The notes: a model not told the origin generated them from the letters alone. A DNA stretch of 64,000 bases from Candidatus Nitrospinota bacterium M3_3B_026 (GCA_051418015.1 JBPRGF010000023.1:192001-256000), one strand, 5' to 3'; positions 49,070-59,801 are shown, counted from the stretch's first letter. Translations and numbers: made by a program.

Positions 49070-50014
49070 ATGAGTAGACCTGCGTTTACATCACTGATCC
49101 TGGCGGCGGGCATGATTGGCCACTGGCTGTTCGCGGGCGCCGCCTACGCCATGCCCAACTACGCCCGGGACGCGGGCGTCTCCTGCTTCAGCTGCCATTC
49201 CAAGCCGGCCAAGGAGCTTGGCGCGGCGTCTATACTGCCGGCGCAGGAGACCGGCAGCCGGGTCTACTCCGTCCCGGTGGGAGGCGTGCAGGCGGGTTTG
49301 TCCATCCATAAAACGCCGGGTATCGGCGGCGAGTCGAAAACCGGCTTGGCCGGGGATCTTTCCTTTTCAGATATCGCGCGGGACAACGCCCTGAACGGCG
49401 GCGAGGTGACCGGGCTTTCCGGCGTCGTGAACAGCGAGAATTTCATGGCCAGCTTGAGCCTGTTGAAACCGAACGGCTCAGCCGGCGACGCCGGGGAAGA
49501 CAGCCTGGCCCTGAGATACCGGTTCGCGTTCACTCCCAGGCTCGGGGGGATCGACTTCACCTTCGGCCTTTTCGGCGAGTCCAGGGCCGCGGGCGGCGTG
49601 GGCAGCCTGGGAGAGGGGGATTCTCCCCTGGAGCGCCCCAGGGCCTTCGGCCTGGACGCCGGGATGGGAGGCTGGATCGGCTCCGTGACCCTTGACCTGA
49701 AAGCCATGTACGTGAACTCAAGGGACGGCGAGCTTTTCACCGGCAAAACAACGGCGCTTGGCGATACGGTGGACGGCTACGGCGCCGCGGCCGAGGTTGG
49801 TTTCGACAGGAAGTTCGGCCTCAGCGCGGCCTACAGGACCTACAAGGGAAGGAACGTGGCCGGAGAGGCGACCGAGGACATGGCCAGTATTGGCGCGTGG
49901 GTGAGCCTGTCCGGCGACACGACGCTGGAGTCGCAGTACACCGCCTTCGGCTCCGACAGGAAGTTTTTCACCGACGAGGGCGCGTTCACCCTCCTTTTCA
50001 TAACAGGCTTCTGA
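49070..50014 (+). CDS. Putative monoheme cytochrome c-porin fusion (Cyc2-like N-terminus)
   Basis: Signal peptide, AMPNYARDAGVSCFSCH, Gly/aromatic-rich beta-strands, terminal Phe. Confidence 0.6.
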   Translation: MSRPAFTSLILAAGMIGHWLFAGAAYAMPNYARDAGVSCFSCHSKPAKELGAASILPAQETGSRVYSVPVGGVQAGLSIHKTPGIGGESKTGLAGDLSFSDIARDNALNGGEVTGLSGVVNSENFMASLSLLKPNGSAGDAGEDSLALRYRFAFTPRLGGIDFTFGLFGESRAAGGVGSLGEGDSPLERPRAFGLDAGMGGWIGSVTLDLKAMYVNSRDGELFTGKTTALGDTVDGYGAAAEVGFDRKFGLSAAYRTYKGRNVAGEATEDMASIGAWVSLSGDTTLESQYTAFGSDRKFFTDEGAFTLLFITGF

Positions 50015-50071
50015 TCTCCCCGGAGAACGGGCGCCGCGGCGGACGGGGGGCGATCGGCGGCGGCTTTCCTT

Positions 50072-50830
50072 TCAGGAACGCTCGCGGGGCAGGGGAACGG
50101 CCAACTCGCTGTCTATCCTGTCAAACAGCCTGTTGGTAATCACGATGCTAGGTCTGGCGGGAGCCCATCGCCTGCCTTCGATCACCTGCGCGAAAGGGAC
50201 AACCATCACCCGCGTCATGACCCCGCGGTCCAGCGCCCGGATGGTATACCTGTAGCGGATCTTGATCTCGAGGGCGCTGAGCGGGCTCAAGGCCAGCAGG
50301 CCCTTCTCGCTTTTTTCGTCGTATATCCAGTCCGTGATGATGATCCCGCTGGACCTGTCCACGGTCTCGAGCGGCATGTCCAGGAACGCTTCCAGCATCC
50401 GCTCCCACACCACGCCGAAACTCAAAAGATAGTCTTTCTCCACGGCGTTGTTGTCGTAGGTGACCACCCTGACGGGGCGGGCGTTCTCATCGATCGTCGG
50501 CGCCAGGGCCTCGGAGCTCTTTTCCTCCACGACGTCATAATACGACGACCCAGAGCCCGCGCCATCCCCCATCTCCTGTATCTTGACGACCTTCGGACGG
50601 CTCAGCGCCGTCCTCCTGGCCTCTTCGGGGGTTATGGGGCTCGCGGGAGCCTTCAACAGGCCGGCCGGGGCGACCGTCTCCCCGCCGGGGTCGCTCCCGC
50701 GCCGCGGCGCGGTCTTGTCCGTTTCCTCGTTTTTCCATACAAGCTTTTGCGGCAGAGACTCGCACCCCGCCGAAAAGGCGAAAAGCGCGGCCAGGGCGAT
50801 CCAGCCCGGAAATTTGAATGGTCGTGTCAT
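50072..50830 (-). CDS. Lipoprotein, BamC/DUF3576-like domain
   Basis: Lipobox SAGC; VWERMLEAF...DRSSGIIITDW pattern; ATG at 50830. Confidence 0.6.
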   Translation of the reverse strand: MTRPFKFPGWIALAALFAFSAGCESLPQKLVWKNEETDKTAPRRGSDPGGETVAPAGLLKAPASPITPEEARRTALSRPKVVKIQEMGDGAGSGSSYYDVVEEKSSEALAPTIDENARPVRVVTYDNNAVEKDYLLSFGVVWERMLEAFLDMPLETVDRSSGIIITDWIYDEKSEKGLLALSPLSALEIKIRYRYTIRALDRGVMTRVMVVPFAQVIEGRRWAPARPSIVITNRLFDRIDSELAVPLPRERS

Positions 50831-50895
50831 GTCTCGATCCGGAAAATCTAAATGTTTTAATTTATTTGGGAAGAAGCGAGGCGTCAAGGAAAAAG

Positions 50896-51861
50896 CTATT
50901 TCATCGACCAGACCTCGCCCTGGTAAAAAATCCCCACCCTGTCGTAAAACTCGTCCCCCGCCGCGGCGCGGAGCCAGTTCATGGGGTCCTCCACCGGCTC
51001 CTGGCTGTTGATGAAAGTCCCCCAGTGAACCGGCAGCAGGACGGGAGCGCCGGTCTGCTTGTACATCTTCCATATATCCTCGCTGGTGGCGTGGTTTTTC
51101 CTGAACCACTCCGGCCTGTACGCCCCCAGGTCGAATATCGCGGCGTCAATCCGGCTCGTTTTGGCCACTTCCCCGAACACGCCCGTATAGCCCGTGTCGC
51201 CGGCCAGGAGGATGGTCCTCCCGTTTTTCTTGAAAAGATAGCTGTTATATCTTCTGTCCGCCTTCTCCCAGGGCGTCCTGTTCCCCCAGTGCCTTGGCGC
51301 GAAGGCGAAGATTTCCACCCCTCCAGCCTCGATCCGGCTGTTCCAGGCCGCCTCCCTCACTTTTTCAAACCCCAGCCCGGCGGCAAGGTCCGAAAACCCC
51401 GTGGGGGTTATCAGCTCCGCGTCCTTCGGGAGCCTTTCGAGGGAGGGCGGGTCGAAGTGGTCCATGTGCGCGTGGGTGATGACCACGAGGTCGAGCCGCG
51501 GCAGGTCGCCGATCGAAAGGGCGGGCTCTATCATCCTGCGGGAGCCGAGGACGCCGAACGGCGTCTGGATCCCCACCCTATCCGAAAAAACCGGGTCGGT
51601 GAGTATCCACGTCCCGTAGAAATTGATAAGACACGTCGCGTGCCCTATCCAGGCGACTGAGACTTTCTCATCCGTCATGGAAGAAACGTCCGGCCGCAGC
51701 CGCGCCGGGGCGATCGGATGCGCCAGCTCGTGGACCCAGCCGCGCAGGGGTATCGTCAGACGGAAAAAACCGGCGTACAGCGCAACGGCGAACAGGACGG
51801 CCGCAACGAGCGAAACCGCGCCGATGAGCTCGAGCATCCTTCGCGCCACCGTTTTGCTCAA
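50896..51861 (-). CDS. MBL-fold metallo-hydrolase (NAPE-PLD/RomA-like)
   Basis: WIGHAT, TDPVFS, THAHMDH, RHW, AGDTGY, PVHWGTF. Confidence 0.9.
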   Translation of the reverse strand: MSKTVARRMLELIGAVSLVAAVLFAVALYAGFFRLTIPLRGWVHELAHPIAPARLRPDVSSMTDEKVSVAWIGHATCLINFYGTWILTDPVFSDRVGIQTPFGVLGSRRMIEPALSIGDLPRLDLVVITHAHMDHFDPPSLERLPKDAELITPTGFSDLAAGLGFEKVREAAWNSRIEAGGVEIFAFAPRHWGNRTPWEKADRRYNSYLFKKNGRTILLAGDTGYTGVFGEVAKTSRIDAAIFDLGAYRPEWFRKNHATSEDIWKMYKQTGAPVLLPVHWGTFINSQEPVEDPMNWLRAAAGDEFYDRVGIFYQGEVWSMK

Positions 51862-51912
51862 CCGTGAATCATCGGGTCAACAGCCCTGGCTAAGAGCTCC
51901 ACCGGGGGCGGT

Positions 51913-54153
51913 TCAGCGCCTTTTGCGAACCTTTTTTTTCCCGCCCGTCTTGCGGGCGGGCCTTTTCCCGGCCGGCTTCCGGGCCGCCCTTCCGCGGCGT
52001 CCGGGGGATGGCCTTTTGCCCTTTGCAGCGGCGGGTTTTTCGCCTTCCTTCGCGACGAGCTTGAAGTCGATCTGCCTGCGCTCCACGGAGACATTGTCCA
52101 CCACGATCCTCACCCTCTCGCCCAGGCGGAACTTCCTGCCCGTCCTCTCGCCGTAGAGGGCATGGTCGCGCTCGTTAAAAATATAGTAGTCGTTCGGGAT
52201 CGACGTTATGTGCACAAGGCCTTCCACCGGCGGCGCGGAAAGCTCCACGAAAAAGCCGAAAGACGTGACCCCGGAGATTATCCCGTCGAATTCCTCGCCG
52301 ACGTGCCTCGCCATGTACTGCGTCTGCCGGAGCTTGAGCATCTCCCTTTCCGCCTCGTTGGCGTTGCGCTCCGCCGTGGACGACCGCTCCGCCACGCGGG
52401 GCAGGCGCTTTTCCCACGCCGCCTCCCTTTTCTCCCTCCTCACCAGGTCACGCAACAGCCTGTGGACAGCCAGGTCCGGGTAACGCCTTATGGGGCTCGT
52501 GAAATGGGTGTAATGGTCGAAACCCAGGCCGAAGTGGCCTATATTCTCCGTGGAATAGCGCGCCTGCTTCATCGAGCGCAGCATCACGTGGGTGATGAGC
52601 TTCTCCTCCGGGAGGCCGTCGACGGCGCTCAATATCTCCTGCAGCCTCTTGGCGGTGATCTTCTCCCCCTTCCTGAAGAAAAAGCCGAACGCCGCCGCGA
52701 ACTCCTTGAACGCCTCGAGCTTCACCGGGTCCGGCTCGTCGTGGACCCTGAACAGCGCCGGGTAGCGCGCCTCCAGCAGATGGCCCGCCACGGTCCTATT
52801 GGCGGCGAGCATGAACTCCTCGATGATCCTGTGGGCGACGTTTCTCTCGGCGAGTATTATGTTCTCCGGCCTGCCGGTGACGTCCAGCACGATCTCCGGC
52901 TCCGGCAGGTCGAAGTCCAGCGCGCCAGCCTCCTGCCTTTTTTTCTTCAACAGCGCCGTCAGCTCCTCCATATCCCTGAACATCGGCGCAAGGCGCGCGT
53001 AGCGCTCCTTCATCGCCGGGTCATCCTTTTCCAGGATGGCGGCGACGGCGGTATACGTCATCCTATCGGCGGAACGGATGACGGACTCGTATATGCCGTA
53101 GTCCACCATCCTCCCCGTCCTGTCGAAGGTCATGACACAGCTCATGCTGAGGCGGTCCACCCGCGGGTTGAGCGAGCACAGGTCGTTGGAAAGCTCGAAG
53201 GGGAGCATGGGTATGACGGATCCGGGGAAATAGACCGATGTCCCCCGGAGCGCGGCCTCCTTGTCCAGCGCCGAGCCCTCCTTCACGTAGTTCGACACGT
53301 CGGCGATGTGCACGCCCAGCCGCCACCGGCCGCCGTCGAGCCGTTCCACCTCCACGGCGTCGTCGAAGTCCTTGGCCGTCTCGCCGTCGATTGTGACTAT
53401 GGTCCTGTCCCTGAAATCCTCCCGCCCCGCGCAGTCCTTCTCCGAAGGGGGTGAAAGCCTCCGCGCCTCCCGCAGCGCCGTCGGCGGGAACTGCGAGCGG
53501 AGCTTGTGGTTGGCTATGACGATCTCGATCTCGACGGCGGGATCGTCCGGCTCGCCGAGAACTTTCTCGATCTCGCCGTAGGGCTGGCGCGTCTTGGAGG
53601 GGTACTCCAGGATCCTGGCGATGACGGCCTGGCCGTTCCTGACGTTCGCCGTTTTCCCGGGCGGGATGTATATATCCAGGGCCACCTTCCGCTCGAAGGG
53701 GACGACGTATCCACCGGCGTTGACCTTCTCGAAGACCCCGGCGATGGTCTCGTAGGCGCGTTCTATTATCCTGATGACGCTGCCCTCCCTGCGCCCGTCG
53801 GACCTGGTGGATTCCACCCTGCACACGACCCTGTCGCCGTGCATCGCCTCGTTGAAACTCCTGGCGCGGATGAATACGTCGCTCTGCGAGGAGTCGTCGG
53901 GTATGATGAACCCGTAACCGTCCGGATGGCCCTGGACCACGCCAGTGACGAGGTTCATCTTGTCCGGCAGACCGTAGCGGTTGCCCTTGATACGGACGAT
54001 CACCCCCTCGTTGGCCAGCGCCCGGATGCGTCTTCTCATCGCGGCCCTGTCATCGGGGGCGATTTTAAGCTTGGACATTATCTCCCTCATGGATAGAGGG
54101 TTGGTCAGCAGTTTTCTGAGGGTCTTCGCCAGTTCCCCGTCTGTTCCGTTCAT
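51913..54153 (-). CDS. rnr: Ribonuclease R
   Basis: HPDGYGF, TIDGETAKDFDDA, IEEFMLAAN, HFTSPIRRYPD, S1 domain, basic tail. Confidence 0.96.
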   Translation of the reverse strand: MNGTDGELAKTLRKLLTNPLSMREIMSKLKIAPDDRAAMRRRIRALANEGVIVRIKGNRYGLPDKMNLVTGVVQGHPDGYGFIIPDDSSQSDVFIRARSFNEAMHGDRVVCRVESTRSDGRREGSVIRIIERAYETIAGVFEKVNAGGYVVPFERKVALDIYIPPGKTANVRNGQAVIARILEYPSKTRQPYGEIEKVLGEPDDPAVEIEIVIANHKLRSQFPPTALREARRLSPPSEKDCAGREDFRDRTIVTIDGETAKDFDDAVEVERLDGGRWRLGVHIADVSNYVKEGSALDKEAALRGTSVYFPGSVIPMLPFELSNDLCSLNPRVDRLSMSCVMTFDRTGRMVDYGIYESVIRSADRMTYTAVAAILEKDDPAMKERYARLAPMFRDMEELTALLKKKRQEAGALDFDLPEPEIVLDVTGRPENIILAERNVAHRIIEEFMLAANRTVAGHLLEARYPALFRVHDEPDPVKLEAFKEFAAAFGFFFRKGEKITAKRLQEILSAVDGLPEEKLITHVMLRSMKQARYSTENIGHFGLGFDHYTHFTSPIRRYPDLAVHRLLRDLVRREKREAAWEKRLPRVAERSSTAERNANEAEREMLKLRQTQYMARHVGEEFDGIISGVTSFGFFVELSAPPVEGLVHITSIPNDYYIFNERDHALYGERTGRKFRLGERVRIVVDNVSVERRQIDFKLVAKEGEKPAAAKGKRPSPGRRGRAARKPAGKRPARKTGGKKKVRKRR

Positions 54154-54354
54154 TCAGGCTCCGGATTTCGTGTTTCGACGTTGTGGCGCATTGTATCGCA
54201 AACCGGGCGCGAACATAAGTAAGGACTCTCCATCGGCCATTTTGGCGTTGTCCGCGCCGGGAAAATACAATAATATCTAAGTTTTCAAACGAGTGTAAAA
54301 TCCGGCCGGAACGGCGCTTCCCGCCGCGGGTCTTTTTCATACGGGAGCCAGACG

Positions 54355-55374
54355 ATGATTATAGTGATGCAGGAGAAGGCGACGAAACAGGATGTCGAGG
54401 ACGTCGTCAGGAGGGTGAAGGACTTCGGCTACACGCCGAAACTCATAGAGGGGTCGCTGAGGACGGTCGTGGCCGCCCTGGGCGACGCCCGGGACAAGGC
54501 CAGGCTGCAGGCGCTGGAGTCGCTCCACCACGTGGAGAGCGTTATGCCGATACTCAAGCCGTACAAACTCTGTTCCAGGGAGGTGAAAGCGGAGGACACC
54601 GTGGTGGACGTCAAAGGAGTGAGGATTGGGGGCGGCGAGAAGCTCGCCGTCATGGCGGGGCCCTGCTCCGTCGAGGGCCGTGAGCAACTCCTGGAGACCG
54701 CCTGGGCCGTGAAGAAAGCGGGCGCCTCCATCCTGCGCGGCGGGGCGTTCAAGCCGCGCACGTCGCCCTACAGCTTCCAGGGGATGGAGGAGGAGGGCCT
54801 GAAGCTTTTAAGGGACGTCTCCGACGAGACGGGGCTGCCGGTCGTGACGGAGGTGATGAATCCCCGCGACGCCGAGCTTGTCCACCGCTACACCGATATC
54901 ATGCAGATAGGCGCCAGGAACGTGCAGAACTTCTCGCTTCTGCGCGAGGTGGGCAGGATGGAGAAGCCGATCCTGCTCAAACGCGGGCTCTCCACGACGA
55001 TCGAGGAGTGGCTGATGTCCGCCGAGTACATCCTTTCCGAGGGCAACGACAAGGTCATCCTGTGCGAGCGTGGCATCCGCACCTTCGAGAAGGCCACGCG
55101 CAACACGCTGGACCTGTCCGCGGTACCGGTGGTCAAGGAGCGCTCGCACCTGCCGATCATCATCGACCCCAGCCACGGCGTGGGGTACTGGCAGTACGTG
55201 GCGTCGATGTCCAAGGCCGCCGTGGCGGCGGGGGCGGACGGGCTGATGATCGAGGTGCACTGGAGGCCGGAGGAAGCCTTCTCCGACGGGCCGCAGTCGC
55301 TCAAACCGGGGAAATTCGCCAAGCTGATGGCCGAGCTGGCGCCCATAGCGGAAGCGGTAGGGCGGAAAATCTGA
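54355..55374 (+). CDS. aroF: DAHP synthase class I-beta with N-terminal regulatory domain
   Basis: AGPCSVE, GGAFKPRTSPYSFQG, IGARN, LKRG, CERGIRTF, DPSH. Confidence 0.95.
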   Translation: MIIVMQEKATKQDVEDVVRRVKDFGYTPKLIEGSLRTVVAALGDARDKARLQALESLHHVESVMPILKPYKLCSREVKAEDTVVDVKGVRIGGGEKLAVMAGPCSVEGREQLLETAWAVKKAGASILRGGAFKPRTSPYSFQGMEEEGLKLLRDVSDETGLPVVTEVMNPRDAELVHRYTDIMQIGARNVQNFSLLREVGRMEKPILLKRGLSTTIEEWLMSAEYILSEGNDKVILCERGIRTFEKATRNTLDLSAVPVVKERSHLPIIIDPSHGVGYWQYVASMSKAAVAAGADGLMIEVHWRPEEAFSDGPQSLKPGKFAKLMAELAPIAEAVGRKI

Positions 55375-55377
55375 CCG

Positions 55378-55407
55378 CCACGCGCCCAGGGCCGCGTGGG
55401 GCTTTTC
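55378..55407 (+). terminator. Probable terminator after aroF
   Basis: CCACGCG...CGCGTGG stem followed by GGCTTTT. Confidence 0.45.
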
Positions 55408-55524
55408 AGAACGTTCAGCGTAACACTGCCGCGACATCGTCACTCTGAGGCGGGAGCCGAAGAATCCTCCGCTCGTGGATATGTCTGAAAGACCTCCGGC
55501 GCGAGGACGGGTATAATCCCAAAC

Positions 55525-57471
55525 ATGGAAAAATATTTCGCCCCGGCGGGAAAGCTCGGCGAAGTCCTCAGCGGATTCAAGAGCAGGCCGGGGCAACTCC
55601 AGATGGCCGAGGCCGTCCGTGACACCATCGAAAAGGGCGGCGTCCTGCTCGTCGAGGCCGGAACCGGCGTCGGAAAGACGCTGGCCTACCTCGTCCCCGC
55701 CGTCCTTTCAGGGAAGAAGGTGGCCGTCTCCACGGGCACGAAGAACCTCCAGGAACAGCTTATAGAAAAAGACATACCGATCCTCCAGAAACTCTTTCCC
55801 GGCAGGTTCCAGGCCGCCGTGATGAAGGGCCGCGGCAACTACCTTTGCAAACGGCGTTTCAAAAACTTCGCCCAGCAGCCGCTCTTCCGGGAAGGCGGCG
55901 AGGCGAAGTTTTTCAGCCTTATCCAAGACTGGGCCATGAAAACCGCGACGGGCGACCGCGCGGAGATAGAGGGCCTGCCGGACGACTACGCGGCGTGGGG
56001 GGAGATGAACTCGAAGTCCGAACTGTGCCTCGGCCAGGCCTGCCCCACCTTCAGCTCCTGTTTCATCACAAAGATGCGCGCCGAGGCGGCGGTAGCGGAC
56101 ATCGTCGTCGTGAACCATCATCTCTTCTTCGCCGACCTGAACGTGCGCGAGGCCGCCTTCGGCGAGGTGATCCCCCGCTGCGACGCGGTGATATTCGACG
56201 AGGCGCACCAGGTGGAGGAGACGTCGATGAGCTACTTCGGGCAGGCCATATCGAACCACCGCGTGGCCGACGCCGTCCGCGACGCGGAGAGGGAGCTTCG
56301 CGCGGCGGGCCTTTCGGACCCCGACGCGGCGGCCCTCCTCGCGAACCTGGCACGCCGCTCCCAGGAGTTCTTCGACCTCTTGCGGGGGGCTGGGGGCAGG
56401 CGCAGGCTCACGCATAAAGAGGTCGAGGCGGTGTCCGAGGCGTCCGGCGTCCTTCTGAACACCCTCAGCCTCGTCAGCGATTTTCTGGCCTCCACGGTGA
56501 AGGGGCCGGACGCTGTGAAAAACCTGTCCATGCGGTTTTCGGAGCTGGCGGAGCTGCTCTCGGAGATACTCTCCCTGGAGCGGGACGACCATGTCTACTG
56601 GGTGGAGAGCAGGGGCTGGGGCGTCTTCCTGCAAAGCTCCCCCATAGAAGTATCAGAGCTTCTGCGGGAGAAGCTTTATCCCGCTTTCGAGTCGATCATC
56701 CTGACCTCCGCGACGCTCACCACAGGCGGCGGGTTCGGCTTCATGAAGTCGCGGCTCGGGCTTGAGGACGCCGAGGAGCTTTGCGTCGCCTCTCCTTTCG
56801 ACTATGAGCGGCAGACGGTTTTCTACGCCCCGGACGACCTCCCGCCCCCATCCTCGCCCGCCTTCCCCGCCCGCGCCGCGGAGAGGATGAGGGAGCTTCT
56901 GGCCGAGACGAACGGGAGGGCCTTCCTGCTTTTCACAAGCTACAGGAACATGGAGAAGGTGAGCCATGAACTTGCCGGCAGGCTGCCCTACCCCACCTTG
57001 AAGCAGGGAGAAAGCCCGCGCTCTGTCATCCTGAAAAAGTTCAGGGATGGCGAAAACCTCGTCCTGTTCGCCACGACATCGTTCTGGCAGGGGGTGGACG
57101 TGCCCGGCGAGGCTCTCTCGGCCGTGATCGTGGACAAGCTGCCATTCGCTCCGCCGGACGACCCTCTGACGGCGGCCATCATCGAAGCGATCGAAAAACG
57201 GGGCGGCTCGGCGTTCATGGAGTACCAGCTGCCCCTGGCGGCGCTGATGCTCAAGCAGGGGCTGGGAAGGCTTGTAAGAAGCGAGACAGACACGGGGCTG
57301 CTGGCGGTGCTGGACGGAAGGCTCCTTGGCAAAAGCTACGGCAAAATCTTCCTGAAAAGCCTCCCCCCCATCACCGTCCATCGCAGGCTGGACAACGTGA
57401 GGAAGAGCCTGCGAAAGCTTTGGGGAAAGGGCGCCGCCGAAAAGACGGCGCCGAAACAGGCCCGGCGCTGA
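55525..57471 (+). CDS. dinG: ATP-dependent DNA helicase, DinG/YoaA family
   Basis: RPGQ, EAGTGVGKT, KGRGNYLC with Fe-S Cys, DEAH, TSATL, QGVDVPG, QGLGRL. Confidence 0.9.
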   Translation: MEKYFAPAGKLGEVLSGFKSRPGQLQMAEAVRDTIEKGGVLLVEAGTGVGKTLAYLVPAVLSGKKVAVSTGTKNLQEQLIEKDIPILQKLFPGRFQAAVMKGRGNYLCKRRFKNFAQQPLFREGGEAKFFSLIQDWAMKTATGDRAEIEGLPDDYAAWGEMNSKSELCLGQACPTFSSCFITKMRAEAAVADIVVVNHHLFFADLNVREAAFGEVIPRCDAVIFDEAHQVEETSMSYFGQAISNHRVADAVRDAERELRAAGLSDPDAAALLANLARRSQEFFDLLRGAGGRRRLTHKEVEAVSEASGVLLNTLSLVSDFLASTVKGPDAVKNLSMRFSELAELLSEILSLERDDHVYWVESRGWGVFLQSSPIEVSELLREKLYPAFESIILTSATLTTGGGFGFMKSRLGLEDAEELCVASPFDYERQTVFYAPDDLPPPSSPAFPARAAERMRELLAETNGRAFLLFTSYRNMEKVSHELAGRLPYPTLKQGESPRSVILKKFRDGENLVLFATTSFWQGVDVPGEALSAVIVDKLPFAPPDDPLTAAIIEAIEKRGGSAFMEYQLPLAALMLKQGLGRLVRSETDTGLLAVLDGRLLGKSYGKIFLKSLPPITVHRRLDNVRKSLRKLWGKGAAEKTAPKQARR

Positions 57472-57524
57472 TCCCCCTCTTCGTCCAAGACCTTCGCGCA
57501 AACAACGTTTTCGCTGCCTTTGCC

Positions 57525-57613
57525 GTCCCGCGCCGCCAGGCGAGGAACCTCGCCACGGTTGTTTGTCATAACAAAATCAAGGTCCTTCGCTGCACCACCG
57601 CTCCGCTCAGGGG
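57525..57613. repeat. REP-like palindromic intergenic element, copy 2 (degenerate)
   Basis: 23/30 identity to 29772-29801, exact shared AAATCAAGGTCCTTC and CTCCGCTC at similar spacing. Confidence 0.55.
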
Positions 57614-57659
57614 TCCAGAGGATTTTTTGCCCCACAGGTCCTTTTCACGCAGGCCCACC

Positions 57660-59801
57660 TCATAACCCTCTACCCAGTGGGAACCCAAGGATCACTTCCG
57701 TCCCTTTACCGGGGCCGCCGCTGTCCATCTCGAATTTTCCGTCGTGGCTTTCCATTATCAGCCGGATGATAGTGAGGCCCAGCCCCATCCCACCTCCCAC
57801 GACCCTGCTCTGTCCTGTGGAGTGATGGAGGGGGTCCTCCAGGGAAAAGTATGGCTCCAGCACCTGGCCCCTCTTGTCCGCGGGGATCCCCTCTCCCTCG
57901 TCTTTTATCCTTATGACGACGGACCCGCCCTCCAACACAGCCGAGACCCTGACCACACCACCCCTCGGGGAGTACCTGACGGCGTTTGACACGGCCTCAT
58001 CGACGGCGCTCCTGAAAAGACGCCTGTCGCTCAGTATCTTCGCCTCCCTGGCGTCCCCCTCCACGCCCAGGGCGATCGACACCTCCCTGCCCTCTTTGTC
58101 AATGGCCGCGCGGGCGCTCTCCACGCAGTAGAGAAGATCGAAATAATAATCGACGCTCTGAAACCTGTCCCTCGCCGCCGATACGGTCAGGTCGGATATA
58201 AGGGAGGTGGCGTATATGATCCTGTCCAACCCGAAAGAGGACTCTTTCAGAAGGCTCCTTATCTCCTCGAGCTTGTCCTTTTCCCCCGGCGCGGCCTCGA
58301 CGCCGTCGAGCATCATCCTCACAAGCTCCAGCTTGGAAAGCGGGGTGCGAAGCTCGTGGGAGGTCACGGCGGTGAAATAGTCCTTGGCGTGAGCCAGCAT
58401 GGCCTCGCGGGAGACATCCCTTTTTATCGCCACGAAGTTGATTATCTCCCCCTGGCTGTCGAACACGGGAGATATGGTGTTTTCCTCTTCGTAGAAGGAG
58501 CCGTCCTTCCTCCTGTTCGTCATGTAGCCGGTCCACGTCCTGCCGCCCTTTATCGTATCCCACATCTGGCGGTAGAAATGGACGTCCTGCCGGCCGCTCT
58601 TGAGCATCCTGGGGTTTCTCCCCAGCGCCTCCTCCCGGCTGTAGCCCGTCACCTTTTCGAAAGCGGGGTTCACGTACTGGATGACCCCCTCGGAGTCGGC
58701 TATCATAACCGTCTCCGCGGCCTGCTCCACCGCCGTCATCAGCCGGTCGCGCTCCTCCTCGGCGCGCTTTCTCTGGGTTATGTCGTCCACTATCCAGATA
58801 GAGCCCCTCGAAAGGTCCGAAGGCTCCACCGCCTTGCCGAAAAGCCTGGCCCAGAAAACCTCGCCGTCGAACCTTTTGAGCTTTATCTCGGTGTCATAGG
58901 TGTCCCCCCGCTCAAGCCTCGGATACGCCTCGGCGCCGACCTTCTCGAAACTTTCCGGGGAAATGTGGGCGACCTGCGCCGACAGTCCCTCGGCTCTCTC
59001 CGAGTCCGGGAGGCCGAAAAGCAGCCGCGCCTTCTGGTTGGCCCACACCACTTTCCTGTCCTTCAGGAGGATGATGCCCACGACGGCGTTGTCCAGCACG
59101 ATGTCCCTCTCTATCAGCGTCCGCCGCAGCCGCTCCTCCATGGCCTTGCGCTCCATGATATCTCTCATGATGGTGACAACGGCCGGGCCGCCTTCGTAGA
59201 CGAAGGGAGCGCAGACCGCCTCCACACTCATTATGGAGCCGTCCAGCCTGAGCATTTCCAGGTCCGTCAGGGGCTGTTTTCCGCCCTCCGCGTATGTTTT
59301 TTCCAGCCTTTCCATCAAGGGCTGGCGGCTCTCAAAGTCCACGAAATCGATCATGGGCCTGCCGAGGACTCTCTCCGCCGTCCCCGCGCCTAGTATCTCC
59401 ACCAGCGCGGGGTTCGCGTACACGATCTTGCCGCCCGCGGTGATGGCGATGGCGTCCGGGGAGTTTTCCACCAGCCGCCGGTAGCGCTCCTCGCTTTCAC
59501 GGAGCTTCTCACCGTACCTCTTGATATCGTTGAAAAGCGGCGCGATCCAGGCTATCCCCAGCAGCATGACCGCTGAGATGGCGAGCGCCACAAGCTCGGC
59601 GTATAAATCTGGCGGATAAGAGATGTCGCCTGATAAAACCCTTAAAAGGGTTATCCCCCTCCTCGCCGCCATCAGCGTGACGGCCAGGGCGATCAACGAC
59701 CACGCTACGCGGGAGCCGGTGACCCATATCAACCGCAGGGCGAACAGAGCCGCAAGGAGCTGTAAGATTATGGACAGAAGAAGAACACTGAGCTCCGCCA
59801 A
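57660..59801 (-). CDS. Membrane-bound multi-PAS sensor histidine kinase
   Basis: Three N-terminal TMs, three PAS repeats, SHELRTPL H-box, N/G boxes (SNAVRY, DEGEGI, GMGLGL); TTG 59801 with GGGGAGG SD. Confidence 0.88.
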   Translation of the reverse strand: MAELSVLLLSIILQLLAALFALRLIWVTGSRVAWSLIALAVTLMAARRGITLLRVLSGDISYPPDLYAELVALAISAVMLLGIAWIAPLFNDIKRYGEKLRESEERYRRLVENSPDAIAITAGGKIVYANPALVEILGAGTAERVLGRPMIDFVDFESRQPLMERLEKTYAEGGKQPLTDLEMLRLDGSIMSVEAVCAPFVYEGGPAVVTIMRDIMERKAMEERLRRTLIERDIVLDNAVVGIILLKDRKVVWANQKARLLFGLPDSERAEGLSAQVAHISPESFEKVGAEAYPRLERGDTYDTEIKLKRFDGEVFWARLFGKAVEPSDLSRGSIWIVDDITQRKRAEEERDRLMTAVEQAAETVMIADSEGVIQYVNPAFEKVTGYSREEALGRNPRMLKSGRQDVHFYRQMWDTIKGGRTWTGYMTNRRKDGSFYEEENTISPVFDSQGEIINFVAIKRDVSREAMLAHAKDYFTAVTSHELRTPLSKLELVRMMLDGVEAAPGEKDKLEEIRSLLKESSFGLDRIIYATSLISDLTVSAARDRFQSVDYYFDLLYCVESARAAIDKEGREVSIALGVEGDAREAKILSDRRLFRSAVDEAVSNAVRYSPRGGVVRVSAVLEGGSVVIRIKDEGEGIPADKRGQVLEPYFSLEDPLHHSTGQSRVVGGGMGLGLTIIRLIMESHDGKFEMDSGGPGKGTEVILGFPLGRGL

